DNA of 13,129 nt from Acidobacteriota bacterium (lineage in GTDB: Bacteria > Acidobacteriota > UBA6911 > JACQSX01), in the NCBI GenBank assembly GCA_036507075.1, contig DASXQR010000224.1, positions 1-13,129 on the forward strand, given 5' to 3'. A program made the position numbers and the translations under genes. Shown one piece after another: positions 1-7,191 of this stretch; position 1 is the stretch's first letter, and each line of letters starts with the position of its first letter. Below the pieces are notes generated by a model that saw only the letters and a list, made by a program, of their open reading frames with translations, made no database searches and had not been told where the DNA came from.

Positions 1-94
1 TCACGCATTCCGGCAAGCCGACTCAGATCGTTTCCGCCACGCCCTTGCGGGACGTGGCTCCGCGCTTCGCGTGCCGGCGCCTCCAGTGCGCGTC
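1..94. repeat. REPIN-like palindromic element family 1, partial copy (spacer and right arm only)
   Basis: Contains GCCACGCCCTTGCGGGACGTGGC (36-58) followed by TCCGCGCTTCGCGTGC, matching the right arms at 1318-1359 and 7851-7892. Confidence 0.9.
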
Positions 95-337
95 CTACTA
101 TCTCCGCCCACATCAAAACTGAGGCCGTCAGCGCGACAGTACCGACAACTTTGAATTTTGGAAGATCTTGTGAGATCGGACTACTTCTCCGTGCTTCCGA
201 CTGGTAAGCTGGAGACAGGTAATCCTTTTTTCGTCCCAATCAGGACGATCGCTACGGGCCCGGAACTTCCCACCAGCACGCTTCCTTTGAAGTCAGCGGA
301 CCCGAGTGCGGGCAGACACTCGGCCAGAAATCTGGCA
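1..337. repeat. Direct repeat copy A (matches 1285-1623): right half of the palindromic element, spacer, and 3' end of the secreted-protein gene
   Basis: Manual alignment. 181-337 vs 1467-1623 differs at 2 of 157 nt. 1-180 vs 1285-1466 is about 90% identical with 2 small indels. Truncated by the window start. Confidence 0.95.
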
Positions 338-349
338 CCCGGTTCCAGG
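181..349 (-). pseudogene. Orphan duplicate of the last ~51 codons of the secreted protein at 1467-2762
   Basis: Translates ARFLAECLPALGSADFKGS...PVGSTEK*, identical to the intact C-terminus except F>C and R>G. No plausible own start; the ORF runs back into the HEPN gene. Confidence 0.85.
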
Positions 350-350
350 C

Positions 351-767
351 TCACTTTGGATGCTCCGAGGAAATCAAGTTCTCTGCCCATCGCACCACCT
401 GCTCGGCCAGTGTAACGGCCCTTTGGTAATCCTCCTTTGAAGGAGGTTCGGCCAGGCCAGGATATCGGGTCTCTACGGCGTATCTTGTAAGAACCCCAGC
501 CTGCCGGATTTGGTCGGGGATATTCTGGCCGCTCTGATAGGCCAAGCTGAGTAAGTCAACGATGGAGTGCGTCTTCGGAAATTCCACCGACCTGTTCACC
601 AATACGGCTTTGATTGCCTTCTCGGCAGCCTGCTGCGCATCAAAGCAGAGATCTTCGTGGAGCACCTCCGGGACCCCAGCACCAACGCGCGAGCGGACAA
701 GACTGCTGCGAGCCCGTCGGAGCCACTCTTGCGGATCCGTGGGGTCGCGGTAATCAGGCGGCGACAT
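351..767 (-). CDS. HEPN domain protein (partner of MNT in an MNT-HEPN module)
   Basis: Motifs WLRRARS.L, CFDAQQAAEKAIKA, FPKTHSI..L and LTRYAVETRYPG are typical of COG2250-type HEPN proteins. Overlaps the upstream MNT gene by 14 nt. Confidence 0.9.
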   Translation of the reverse strand: MSPPDYRDPTDPQEWLRRARSSLVRSRVGAGVPEVLHEDLCFDAQQAAEKAIKAVLVNRSVEFPKTHSIVDLLSLAYQSGQNIPDQIRQAGVLTRYAVETRYPGLAEPPSKEDYQRAVTLAEQVVRWAENLISSEHPK

Positions 768-1074
768 AAACCTCCGTTCCTTCTCGGAGCGCAGGCCCGA
801 TGATGGTGCCTACTTTGTCGCGAAATGCTTCTATATCTTCGGGTCGCACCACAATGACATCGACGGGGACGGTTATTCCGAACAAACTGAGATAAATCTT
901 TTCTGCAAGTCTGCCTCGATGTTCGACGCCAGATTTCACGACTAGAAAATCCAAGTCACTGTCCTGACCCAATTCGCGTCGAGTCGCGGAACCAAAAAGG
1001 ATGATGCGATCCGGCCGCGCCACTTCAACAATGCGGCGGATGATTTCGTCAATGATGGTTTGGTCAAGTTTCAT
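754..1074 (-). CDS. Minimal nucleotidyltransferase (MNT, Pol-beta superfamily), putative antitoxin
   Basis: IILFGSATRRELGQDSDLDFLVV (GS...DxD motif), later PVDVIV, and C-terminal ALREG. 106 aa, directly upstream of HEPN. Confidence 0.92.
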   Translation of the reverse strand: MKLDQTIIDEIIRRIVEVARPDRIILFGSATRRELGQDSDLDFLVVKSGVEHRGRLAEKIYLSLFGITVPVDVIVVRPEDIEAFRDKVGTIIGPALREGTEVYVAA

Positions 1075-1079
1075 TGCAG

Positions 1080-1175
1080 CGGAGAAGGCTCAAATATTAT
1101 CCTGTAAGGACAGGATCCCTTCATAATACACGACCGAGGATCGGTACACTTGCGAATACAACGCCTCCCGAACGC
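1080..1175 (-). pseudogene. cas6: Short remnant resembling the Cys-rich N-terminal region of Cas6 (RAMP endoribonuclease)
   Basis: Translates AFGRRCIRKCTDPRSCIMKGSCPYRIIFEPSP. This resembles the Cas6 segment GAFG.AFRR..C...C.....C.....CPY..IFEP.P. It is cut by the palindromic element on one side and the MNT start on the other. Confidence 0.65.
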
Positions 1176-1180
1176 CAAGT

Positions 1181-1379
1181 CTAAAGAGGAATTCCGGAAG
1201 ACGCAAAAAGCCGCGAGTCTGCACGCGAAGCGCGGAGCCATGTCCCACAAGGGCATGGCGGGGCAACCGAAATCGGGGCGCGAATCACCCATTCCGGCGA
1301 GCTGACTCAGATCGTTTCCGCCACGCCCTTGCGGGGACGTGGCTCCCCGCTTCGCGTGCCGGCATCTCCAGTGCGCGTC
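1181..1379. repeat. REPIN-like palindromic element family 1, full copy
   Basis: Inverted arms at 1221-1261 and 1318-1359. Aligns over its whole length with 7715-7911, starting at CTAAAG. Confidence 0.9.
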
Positions 1380-1623
1380 ATACTGTCTCAGCCCACATCA
1401 AAACTGAGGCCGTCAGCCCGACGTCACCGACAACTTTGAAATTTGGAGGATTTCGTCTAGATCGGACTACTTCTCCGTGCTTCCGACTGGTAAGCTGGAG
1501 ACAGGTAATCCTTTTTTCGTCCGAATCAGGACGATCGCTACGGGCCCGGAACTTCCCACCAGCACGCTTCCTTTGAAGTCAGCGGACCCGAGTGCGGGCA
1601 GAAACTCGGCCAGAAATCTGGCA
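1285..1623. repeat. Direct repeat copy B (matches 1-337)
   Basis: See copy A. Confidence 0.95.
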
Positions 1624-2762
1624 GTCTGCTGCCCCGGGCCTAACTGCAAGATTTGCGGTGGCCCAATCTGGTTGCCGGACTCGCCGAGCGCACGGATCTC
1701 GACCGTGGCAGAACTTGTCGTCGTATTTACGAGAGCGATTCCGGTATCAAACTCGTCCACCAAAAACCTTTGAGCCACACCGGAGGCGAAGACTCTTCCA
1801 GTTGCCGCGGGGACTCCTGCTTCCAGCAAGACACGGCCGGCAGAATCGACGACTTGATAGATAGCGACGCTCTGTACCGGATAATTGGATTCAATCCGCG
1901 CATATCCACTGACCATCGGAATACTGCTTCCACTGGTGATGAAGGTTTGGGAGCCGTATCGAGGCAGTGAGAAATCAAAAACACTTCCAGCATTCCCGTT
2001 TACAACCAATGTCTGCGGGCTGCCATCGCTCTTGAAAAAGCTCACCTTTGCGCGAGCCAGAGATTCGGCAAGGCTCGTAATGACGACCATGGTACGAACC
2101 GCACTCGCTCCCGGAAGCGGAGGCGCTGAATACTTTCCGTCGCCGACCTGAGCGAGAAAAACGGTGAAGTTAGGGCTGGACACAAAATCCAGACGAAGGA
2201 GATCCAATTCTTCGGCGTTTGGAGCCGACCCATAATCAATACTGACTTTGCCGATCCCCTGAGAAGCAGTGGCTTCGAATTCCACCACGGTCGCGAACTG
2301 ATCACCACCGGATATTCCTTGTTTCTCAATCGTTCCGAGTAGATTTCCGAAAGGATCGAACGCCTTAACAACGGCTCTCGTTGCGGAATCTCCATTTGAG
2401 AGGCTAAGCCCGACACGGAGCGCTGGAGTCTTGAAGTCTATAACCAACGGAATGTTGGCAGATGATCCAAAGATTCCCTCATTGCGGAGCACTGGAATGG
2501 GCAACATAGGGGGAACTATGCCGACTTCAACCTTTCTAAATCTGATTCTCGGGACAGCGAAAGCTCCACCGCCGAAAGTAACACCCCACGTGGTAAATGC
2601 GTCCGAAACCGCTGCTCCTTCTACGTAATGGCCCTGGGATGGAATACCGAAATGAAGAGACACGGCTTGGGCGGAAAAGCCGCCGTCAATAACTCGTATC
2701 CCTTGAGCACGGGCAGACACCGCGAGCAATGAAATAAACAATAAACCATAGACTCGTTTCAT
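1467..2762 (-). CDS. Secreted hypothetical protein (431 aa): N-terminal beta-sandwich-like domain plus tandem acidobacterial beta-rich domains
   Basis: Start reassigned to ATG 2762, which follows GGAGGGG. Signal peptide MKRVYGLLFISLLAVSARA|Q. Motifs FLAQVGDG, GYARIES, DTGIALVN, PGQQTARFLAE and F.GS are partly shared with the neighbouring 3151-4107 protein. Confidence 0.88.
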   Translation of the reverse strand: MKRVYGLLFISLLAVSARAQGIRVIDGGFSAQAVSLHFGIPSQGHYVEGAAVSDAFTTWGVTFGGGAFAVPRIRFRKVEVGIVPPMLPIPVLRNEGIFGSSANIPLVIDFKTPALRVGLSLSNGDSATRAVVKAFDPFGNLLGTIEKQGISGGDQFATVVEFEATASQGIGKVSIDYGSAPNAEELDLLRLDFVSSPNFTVFLAQVGDGKYSAPPLPGASAVRTMVVITSLAESLARAKVSFFKSDGSPQTLVVNGNAGSVFDFSLPRYGSQTFITSGSSIPMVSGYARIESNYPVQSVAIYQVVDSAGRVLLEAGVPAATGRVFASGVAQRFLVDEFDTGIALVNTTTSSATVEIRALGESGNQIGPPQILQLGPGQQTARFLAEFLPALGSADFKGSVLVGSSGPVAIVLIRTKKGLPVSSLPVGSTEK

Positions 2763-3042
2763 TTTCCCCCTCCAACACTTTGGGGCCCCTCGGGCGGCCG
2801 TTGCGCATGGCCCGCTGTTACAACCGGTTTTCTGAGTTTCGCTTATCAATTTCATGATCTCGCTGTCACCTCACCCCAGCAACGTAGACATCTCCCTGGT
2901 GAGGGGGGCCGCCCGGCGGCGGCGCTCCCTGGACATAAGCTGGATTCCAAATGGTGATGTTTTGCGGCGGCCGCGATCCGCCTAATTGGTGTTGCGTATC
3001 TGTTCTCGCCCAGGCGCTACAAGCCGAGTGGCGGCTGCTGGA

Positions 3043-3123
3043 CTGCAGGAATTCAAGATCGAGTCGGGCTTGTTTGACGCCGAGTATGGCCGCGCCATCG
3101 CTCACGTCAACGTCTCGACACGA
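3043..3123 (+). pseudogene. Fragment of an Oar-like TonB-dependent receptor (end of plug domain)
   Basis: Translates LQEFKIESGLFDAEYGRAIAHVNVSTR, matching the conserved LQEFKV.TG..SAEYGR....VNV.TKSG motif. Nothing else of the receptor remains. Confidence 0.8.
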
Positions 3124-3150
3124 TGCGTCGTCCTTCAAATCAACAGAGAT

Positions 3151-4107
3151 TCATGTACCCACAACAGCGTTATTGACAAGAACCGCCTTCACTCTGGGGT
3201 CTCGTGCAACAGCCCGAGCCACTTCAAATGTCATCAATACCGAGGAAAAATCATTTCGAACAACAGTTACGGTAAAACCGTATTGATCAGCTAATTGTTT
3301 GACCTGATCTTGGACGTCTATCGTGGTTTTCAGAAACAGCAAATAAAAGCGTGGATCGTCCACCGAGCTGACAGGTGCTGAGATTACAGATGCGCCACGA
3401 ACATAAAGAGCAGTCACGGCAAAAGCGTGCGCGATATGAAGCGGATTTACATGTTCGATTACGAGGGAGCCACTCTTGAAATCGGGTGGCAAGTTGGGAA
3501 ATAGCTCAGTGACAAACATAGATGCGTGAAACGAAAAGGGGCTCTGAAGGTCAAAGCCCATTCGCTCTGTACGACTCACAATTTCAGTACCTTCTGTGTC
3601 GTACAAGGTGAACTTCAGGAAGCCCTCCTGTCGGTAGGCAATGGCGATTCCGGTATCATCCGCAGTCTGAGACTTCACAAAAACAGGTATGAGCGCTTTG
3701 GACGTCCGAGGCTGGGGAAGCGTTGCAACACTTGACAAAAGTTGTCCCGGGTCGACTAGGGATCGGACAAGGATATGGGCAACTGCGGAAAGGGGAACAT
3801 TCGAGTTTAGGTGGACGAACCCAACTTGTGGATTACCACCGGACAGAAGAACCTGCCGAGTGCTCTTGGGTCCAAGAGTAAAAATCGTTGGCTGAGGCAA
3901 GTCAATACCTACTGAACTCAACGTCACTTCGGCAGTGTCCTGGTTAGGGTTCGAAATCACAATGACAGTTTCCAATCGATTGCCAAAGATGCCTTTAGCG
4001 ACTTGGGGGAAATAAACGTCATAATCATTGGGAAATGATGCGCTGCCAAGCGTGGTTAAGAATGCAAAAACGCATAACGCGACTATTAATTCTCTTCGAA
4101 AACTCAT
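3151..4107 (-). CDS. Secreted protein (318 aa): acidobacterial beta-rich domain pair plus C-terminal I9-like (subtilisin propeptide/inhibitor) domain
   Basis: ATG 4107 follows AAGGAGG. Signal peptide MSFRRELIVALCVFAFLTTLGSA. Motifs YFPQVAKG, T.IVISNP, DTGIAIA and FVTELFP. C-terminus FYLLFLK...LADQYG...ARAVARDPRVKAV. Confidence 0.85.
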   Translation of the reverse strand: MSFRRELIVALCVFAFLTTLGSASFPNDYDVYFPQVAKGIFGNRLETVIVISNPNQDTAEVTLSSVGIDLPQPTIFTLGPKSTRQVLLSGGNPQVGFVHLNSNVPLSAVAHILVRSLVDPGQLLSSVATLPQPRTSKALIPVFVKSQTADDTGIAIAYRQEGFLKFTLYDTEGTEIVSRTERMGFDLQSPFSFHASMFVTELFPNLPPDFKSGSLVIEHVNPLHIAHAFAVTALYVRGASVISAPVSSVDDPRFYLLFLKTTIDVQDQVKQLADQYGFTVTVVRNDFSSVLMTFEVARAVARDPRVKAVLVNNAVVGT

Positions 4108-4198
4108 AATTCTTGCTCCTCCTTTGCAATCCTCCAAGCAGTGAGGGACCAAAGGGCACACTTCCCCCGCTTCTTCTTAATTTTACCACGCGCTTCGC

Positions 4199-6262
4199 TT
4201 ATCGCACCGATAGAAACGCGCGCCCATAAAGGCTACCACTCGTGCCGGAAGTTGTTCCGTAGTAAACAATCGCTGGCTTATCGGTGCCCACGTATGCCCA
4301 GCCGGGAGGAAACTGTATGTTCTGCCACAGCGCTAGCTGTTCTCCTGTCGCAGTGTCCGAGATCCGCAGTGTGGCCGCGCCCACTGCGTATGTCAAACTG
4401 ATCGAAAGCTTCTTCCGATTTGTCAAGATTATTGGCGGATCTGGATACGTATACTCAAAGTAAGGCGGGTCGAAATATATGAAGGGCTTACGTGTATCAA
4501 GGTCAATCCCTGCAATCATAGAACCGCCGATCCCGACCTGGGTATATTGCTGAGGCGGCTGAGGAATCGTCGAGCAAGTCAGCGTTTGCTGGCTAGTTTC
4601 GCCAACGATGCCTACACCCACTCTGCCTTGCTTGCCCACAAATTCACTACGATCAGGCGTCATCACTCTTAGAACTACGGTCTGCGCCTGACTACCAGGA
4701 GGATACGCCATCTTATAACTCGCAATGCTGAACGTTGAGCCACCGGCTCCGGCAATGCCGGAAAACTTCAGTTCAGCCGTCCGATCCGTAGTGGTACCGA
4801 TTACTCCCGGTACCTGAGGAACCATTTTCGCGAACAGATCACACAGCCCTCCATTCGGAATACCCCATCTCGTACCTGTCGTGTCGTTTGTAAAGAAGCG
4901 TGAGTCAGTTGTCGCGTCATCGAAGCTGTCCCCGAATGCGGTTAAAGCAAAATTTGCGTTCACCATTGCGCCTGTTTGCGTCCTGTCGTCCAATTGACCT
5001 GTCGGCGTGGGCTGCGCTGCGAGCAGAAGATACTCTTTAAGCTTCTTATAGTCATAGGTAGAATTTAGGGATTTCATTAACGCCAGTGTCCCGGAAACAT
5101 GCGGCGCTGCGAATGATGTCCCCGTACCGTTTGGATATCCGCCACCGTTGGGCCCTTGTAGCCCGTACGTATTCCCAACTTTTGTTGACCAAATTTCCTG
5201 ACCTGGTGCGCCCAAATGCACTTCGTTCAGTCCATAGTGCGAGAATGCTGACCTATTGCCGAATCTATCCACCGCCGCCACACATATCATAGTTGGAACC
5301 GCCTCCCGGCAAGGATACGAATTGGCCGCTTCATCACCGGTGGCTAAAGTATCGAGATTTGTGCCTGGTGTACTGTATGTGGGGGCATTGCCTGCCGAGA
5401 CAACGAAGAGCATATCAATGCCAGGTGCGGCATCTGCATTCATCTCCAATATTGTTTGGGGGAGGCCAAAGGTATTATTGAAACTGCAGTTGACTATCTT
5501 GGCTCCATGCTGTTGAGCGTATCGGATTGCATCTACCATATCAGCATCCGTACCTCCGGTTCCGGTTCCAAGGTTCCAGAATTTTATGGGCAATAGTTTA
5601 ATGTTCCATCCCAGTCCTGCTACACCGGTTGTATTGTTTCCAATGGCGCCAAGAATTCCGGCGACCGCAGTCCCATGGCCATTCGGAGAGTTGTCACTTA
5701 CATCGGTGTTGTCGTCAGCGACGTTGTACCCGGGAAGCATGCTAGCGGCTAAATCTTCGTGTGTAACTTCAAATCCCACATCGATCACTGCCACAGTCAC
5801 GGCGCTGCTGCCCGTTGTTTTATCCCAAGCGCTAACAGCGGATATATCAACATTGGGCGTGCCTCCGCTCTGGCCGGTGTTTCTCATATTCCACTGATTC
5901 CCAAAATAGGTATCGTTAGGAATCACGGAAAGATTGAAGTACGAATTCCGAGATGCGAGAACCACGGATGACTCACTCCTCAAGGCGGCGATCAGGCCGT
6001 CTAGATCAGAGCCTTCCGTAAAGTCCAGCTGGTACACTTCCTTTGCGAAGATCCGCTGCCGGATTTGGATGGCACGCACCCTCTGGAATACTTGGGTTCT
6101 AATACTGTCGATAGTTTCAGGCCGGAACCGTACTACTAATTGGTTGGGGACAAAGAGCGGCCGAGCAGCAGCACCGATGAGGTTCAACGAGGCCAGACTG
6201 AGATAGGTCAGGCATAGCGTAATCAACAATGGTGATGATCGGCACGGCTTAAGGAAATACAT
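4199..6262 (-). CDS. Secreted S8 family serine peptidase (subtilase) with N-terminal prodomain and uncharacterised beta-rich C-terminal domain
   Basis: Catalytic motifs VAVIDVG (Asp), HGTAVAG (His), VSAGN (oxyanion Asn) and GTSFAAPHVSG (Ser). Prodomain begins FVPNQLVVRF; mature region begins PNDTYFGNQW. Hydrophobic signal peptide. GGAGG lies 7 nt before ATG 6262. Confidence 0.96.
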   Translation of the reverse strand: MYFLKPCRSSPLLITLCLTYLSLASLNLIGAAARPLFVPNQLVVRFRPETIDSIRTQVFQRVRAIQIRQRIFAKEVYQLDFTEGSDLDGLIAALRSESSVVLASRNSYFNLSVIPNDTYFGNQWNMRNTGQSGGTPNVDISAVSAWDKTTGSSAVTVAVIDVGFEVTHEDLAASMLPGYNVADDNTDVSDNSPNGHGTAVAGILGAIGNNTTGVAGLGWNIKLLPIKFWNLGTGTGGTDADMVDAIRYAQQHGAKIVNCSFNNTFGLPQTILEMNADAAPGIDMLFVVSAGNAPTYSTPGTNLDTLATGDEAANSYPCREAVPTMICVAAVDRFGNRSAFSHYGLNEVHLGAPGQEIWSTKVGNTYGLQGPNGGGYPNGTGTSFAAPHVSGTLALMKSLNSTYDYKKLKEYLLLAAQPTPTGQLDDRTQTGAMVNANFALTAFGDSFDDATTDSRFFTNDTTGTRWGIPNGGLCDLFAKMVPQVPGVIGTTTDRTAELKFSGIAGAGGSTFSIASYKMAYPPGSQAQTVVLRVMTPDRSEFVGKQGRVGVGIVGETSQQTLTCSTIPQPPQQYTQVGIGGSMIAGIDLDTRKPFIYFDPPYFEYTYPDPPIILTNRKKLSISLTYAVGAATLRISDTATGEQLALWQNIQFPPGWAYVGTDKPAIVYYGTTSGTSGSLYGRAFLSVR

Positions 6263-6402
6263 AATCAATCCTCCCTTACTGGTAGTTACACAATTTTCTC
6301 AATCAAGTCATACAATTCCCCTCGCCGGCGCAGAGCCATTAGCATTCTGAGCAGGGGTTCCAAAATCGACTCAAAATGCGCTGCTTCCTCGTTCGCCGCA
6401 TC

Positions 6403-6418
6403 TGCAAGAGGCATGCCC
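6403..6418 (-). promoter_or_regulatory. Putative sigma-54 (-24/-12) promoter for the subtilase cluster
   Basis: Minus strand GGGCATGCCTCTTGCA vs consensus TGGCACGNNNNTTGCA, with exact GG-N10-GC spacing. Intergenic, correctly oriented, about 140 nt upstream of the start codon. Confidence 0.65.
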
Positions 6419-6458
6419 AATCTTGCTGGGTCTATTGGCATTTAACGATGGATTACAT

Positions 6459-6499
6459 CGCCAAATCTCCGCAAAAATCCGGAAAAATGCGACAAAATG
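6459..6499. promoter_or_regulatory. Four helically phased repeats with A-tracts (regulator-binding array or DNA bend)
   Basis: CGCCAAATCTC / CGCAAAAATC / CGGAAAAATG / CGACAAAATG starting at 6459, 6470, 6480 and 6490. Confidence 0.5.
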
Positions 6500-6517
6500 G
6501 GCGGTAAGGCAATTATT

Positions 6518-6967
6518 TCATTTTTGTGAGACCGCTTTGACTGCAGGCCGAAAGTCGCGCGGTCGATGGCCGGTCAATCTTCTGAGATTTCTTCGGAGGG
6601 TTGCTACGGCGATGAACCCCGTGAGAGCGGCTACTTCTTTTAGCGCAAAGTCTTTCGTCGCGATCATTTCAATAGCCCGCAGTAGGCGCACTCTGACGAG
6701 AAGATCGCGAAACGTAAAGGATGTAGCTCGTCTGCAGATGGAATTCAGTTTTCGTGAGCTGAGGGTAATGGTGGAGGCTGCCGCTTTCACGGTGAGGTCT
6801 GGATCTTGGAAGCGATCGGAAAGGAGACGCAACAGTTCTGTGCCAAATTCCTGGGATTTCAGCTCTTCCTGCAGCTCCACAAACCTGCAACCAAAGAGCT
6901 TTAGCTCAGCCCTGTGAACGATTCGCTCGACTTCACGCTCGCCTGCGTGCCTAACCATAAAACGCAC
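6518..6967 (-). CDS. Small AraC-family transcriptional regulator (HTH domain only)
   Basis: DPDLTVKAAA...LSSRKL...TFRDLL..VRL.RA...LKEVAALTGF...LRRNLRRLTGHRPRDFR, a double-HTH AraC signature. Start is GTG 6967 or ATG 6958. Confidence 0.88.
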   Translation of the reverse strand: MRFMVRHAGEREVERIVHRAELKLFGCRFVELQEELKSQEFGTELLRLLSDRFQDPDLTVKAAASTITLSSRKLNSICRRATSFTFRDLLVRVRLLRAIEMIATKDFALKEVAALTGFIAVATLRRNLRRLTGHRPRDFRPAVKAVSQK

Positions 6968-7191
6968 GCCTCAAGGCCCCCCATTAACCGCTGAAACCAT
7001 TTGATCCATCGCGGCGTGGAATGGCAAGCTTTATTGGAAATGCCAAAACGAAACGTCTAACTCTCTTTGTTAGAATGATGTCGGCCCTTATCCAATACAC
7101 CTCGTACGAGTCAGGCCGGAGATTAGGCCACTTTTCATGCTGTCGGGCATCTAATAAGAAAAGAGTCGTCTAGGAGAAGAGTCGTCGGGGC

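Noticed and set aside
181..337. Diversity-generating retroelement template/variable repeat pair with 1467-1623
   Set aside because: Only two differences (C/G and T/G on the coding strand), not adenine-specific, and no reverse transcriptase in the window.
351..767. Calling the HEPN protein an active RNase toxin
   Set aside because: No canonical R-X4-6-H motif is evident. It is the KTH/RYP-type HEPN, so toxicity cannot be asserted from sequence.
1176..1292. 5' part of the 73-aa ORF 1071-1292, and ORFs 7632-7826, 7559-8242 and 7687-8055, as real genes
   Set aside because: Their mutual similarity comes from translating the palindromic repeat, and two of them also run antisense into hpt.
1..1379. 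CRISPR array near the cas6-like remnant
   Set aside because: No regularly spaced 25-45 nt repeats with unique spacers. The repeats here are long dispersed palindromes.
1380..1466. Plus-strand peptide TVSAHIKTEAVS, resembling a carbohydrate-binding-module strand (also at 95-180)
   Set aside because: Too short to distinguish from chance without a search.
2763..2855. Longer start for the 462-aa ORF (likewise 4161 and 6268 for its neighbours)
   Set aside because: Downstream ATGs at 2762, 4107 and 6262 have well-spaced Shine-Dalgarno sites and begin signal peptides.
6423..6917. 164-aa plus-strand ORF and other antisense or alternative-frame ORFs over the subtilase, hydrolase and rpiB genes
   Set aside because: Shadows of well-supported genes, with no recognisable motifs.
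7022..7037. Sigma-54 promoter TGGCAAGCTTTATTGG for the second AraC gene
   Set aside because: No GC at the -12 position and the spacing is off by one.
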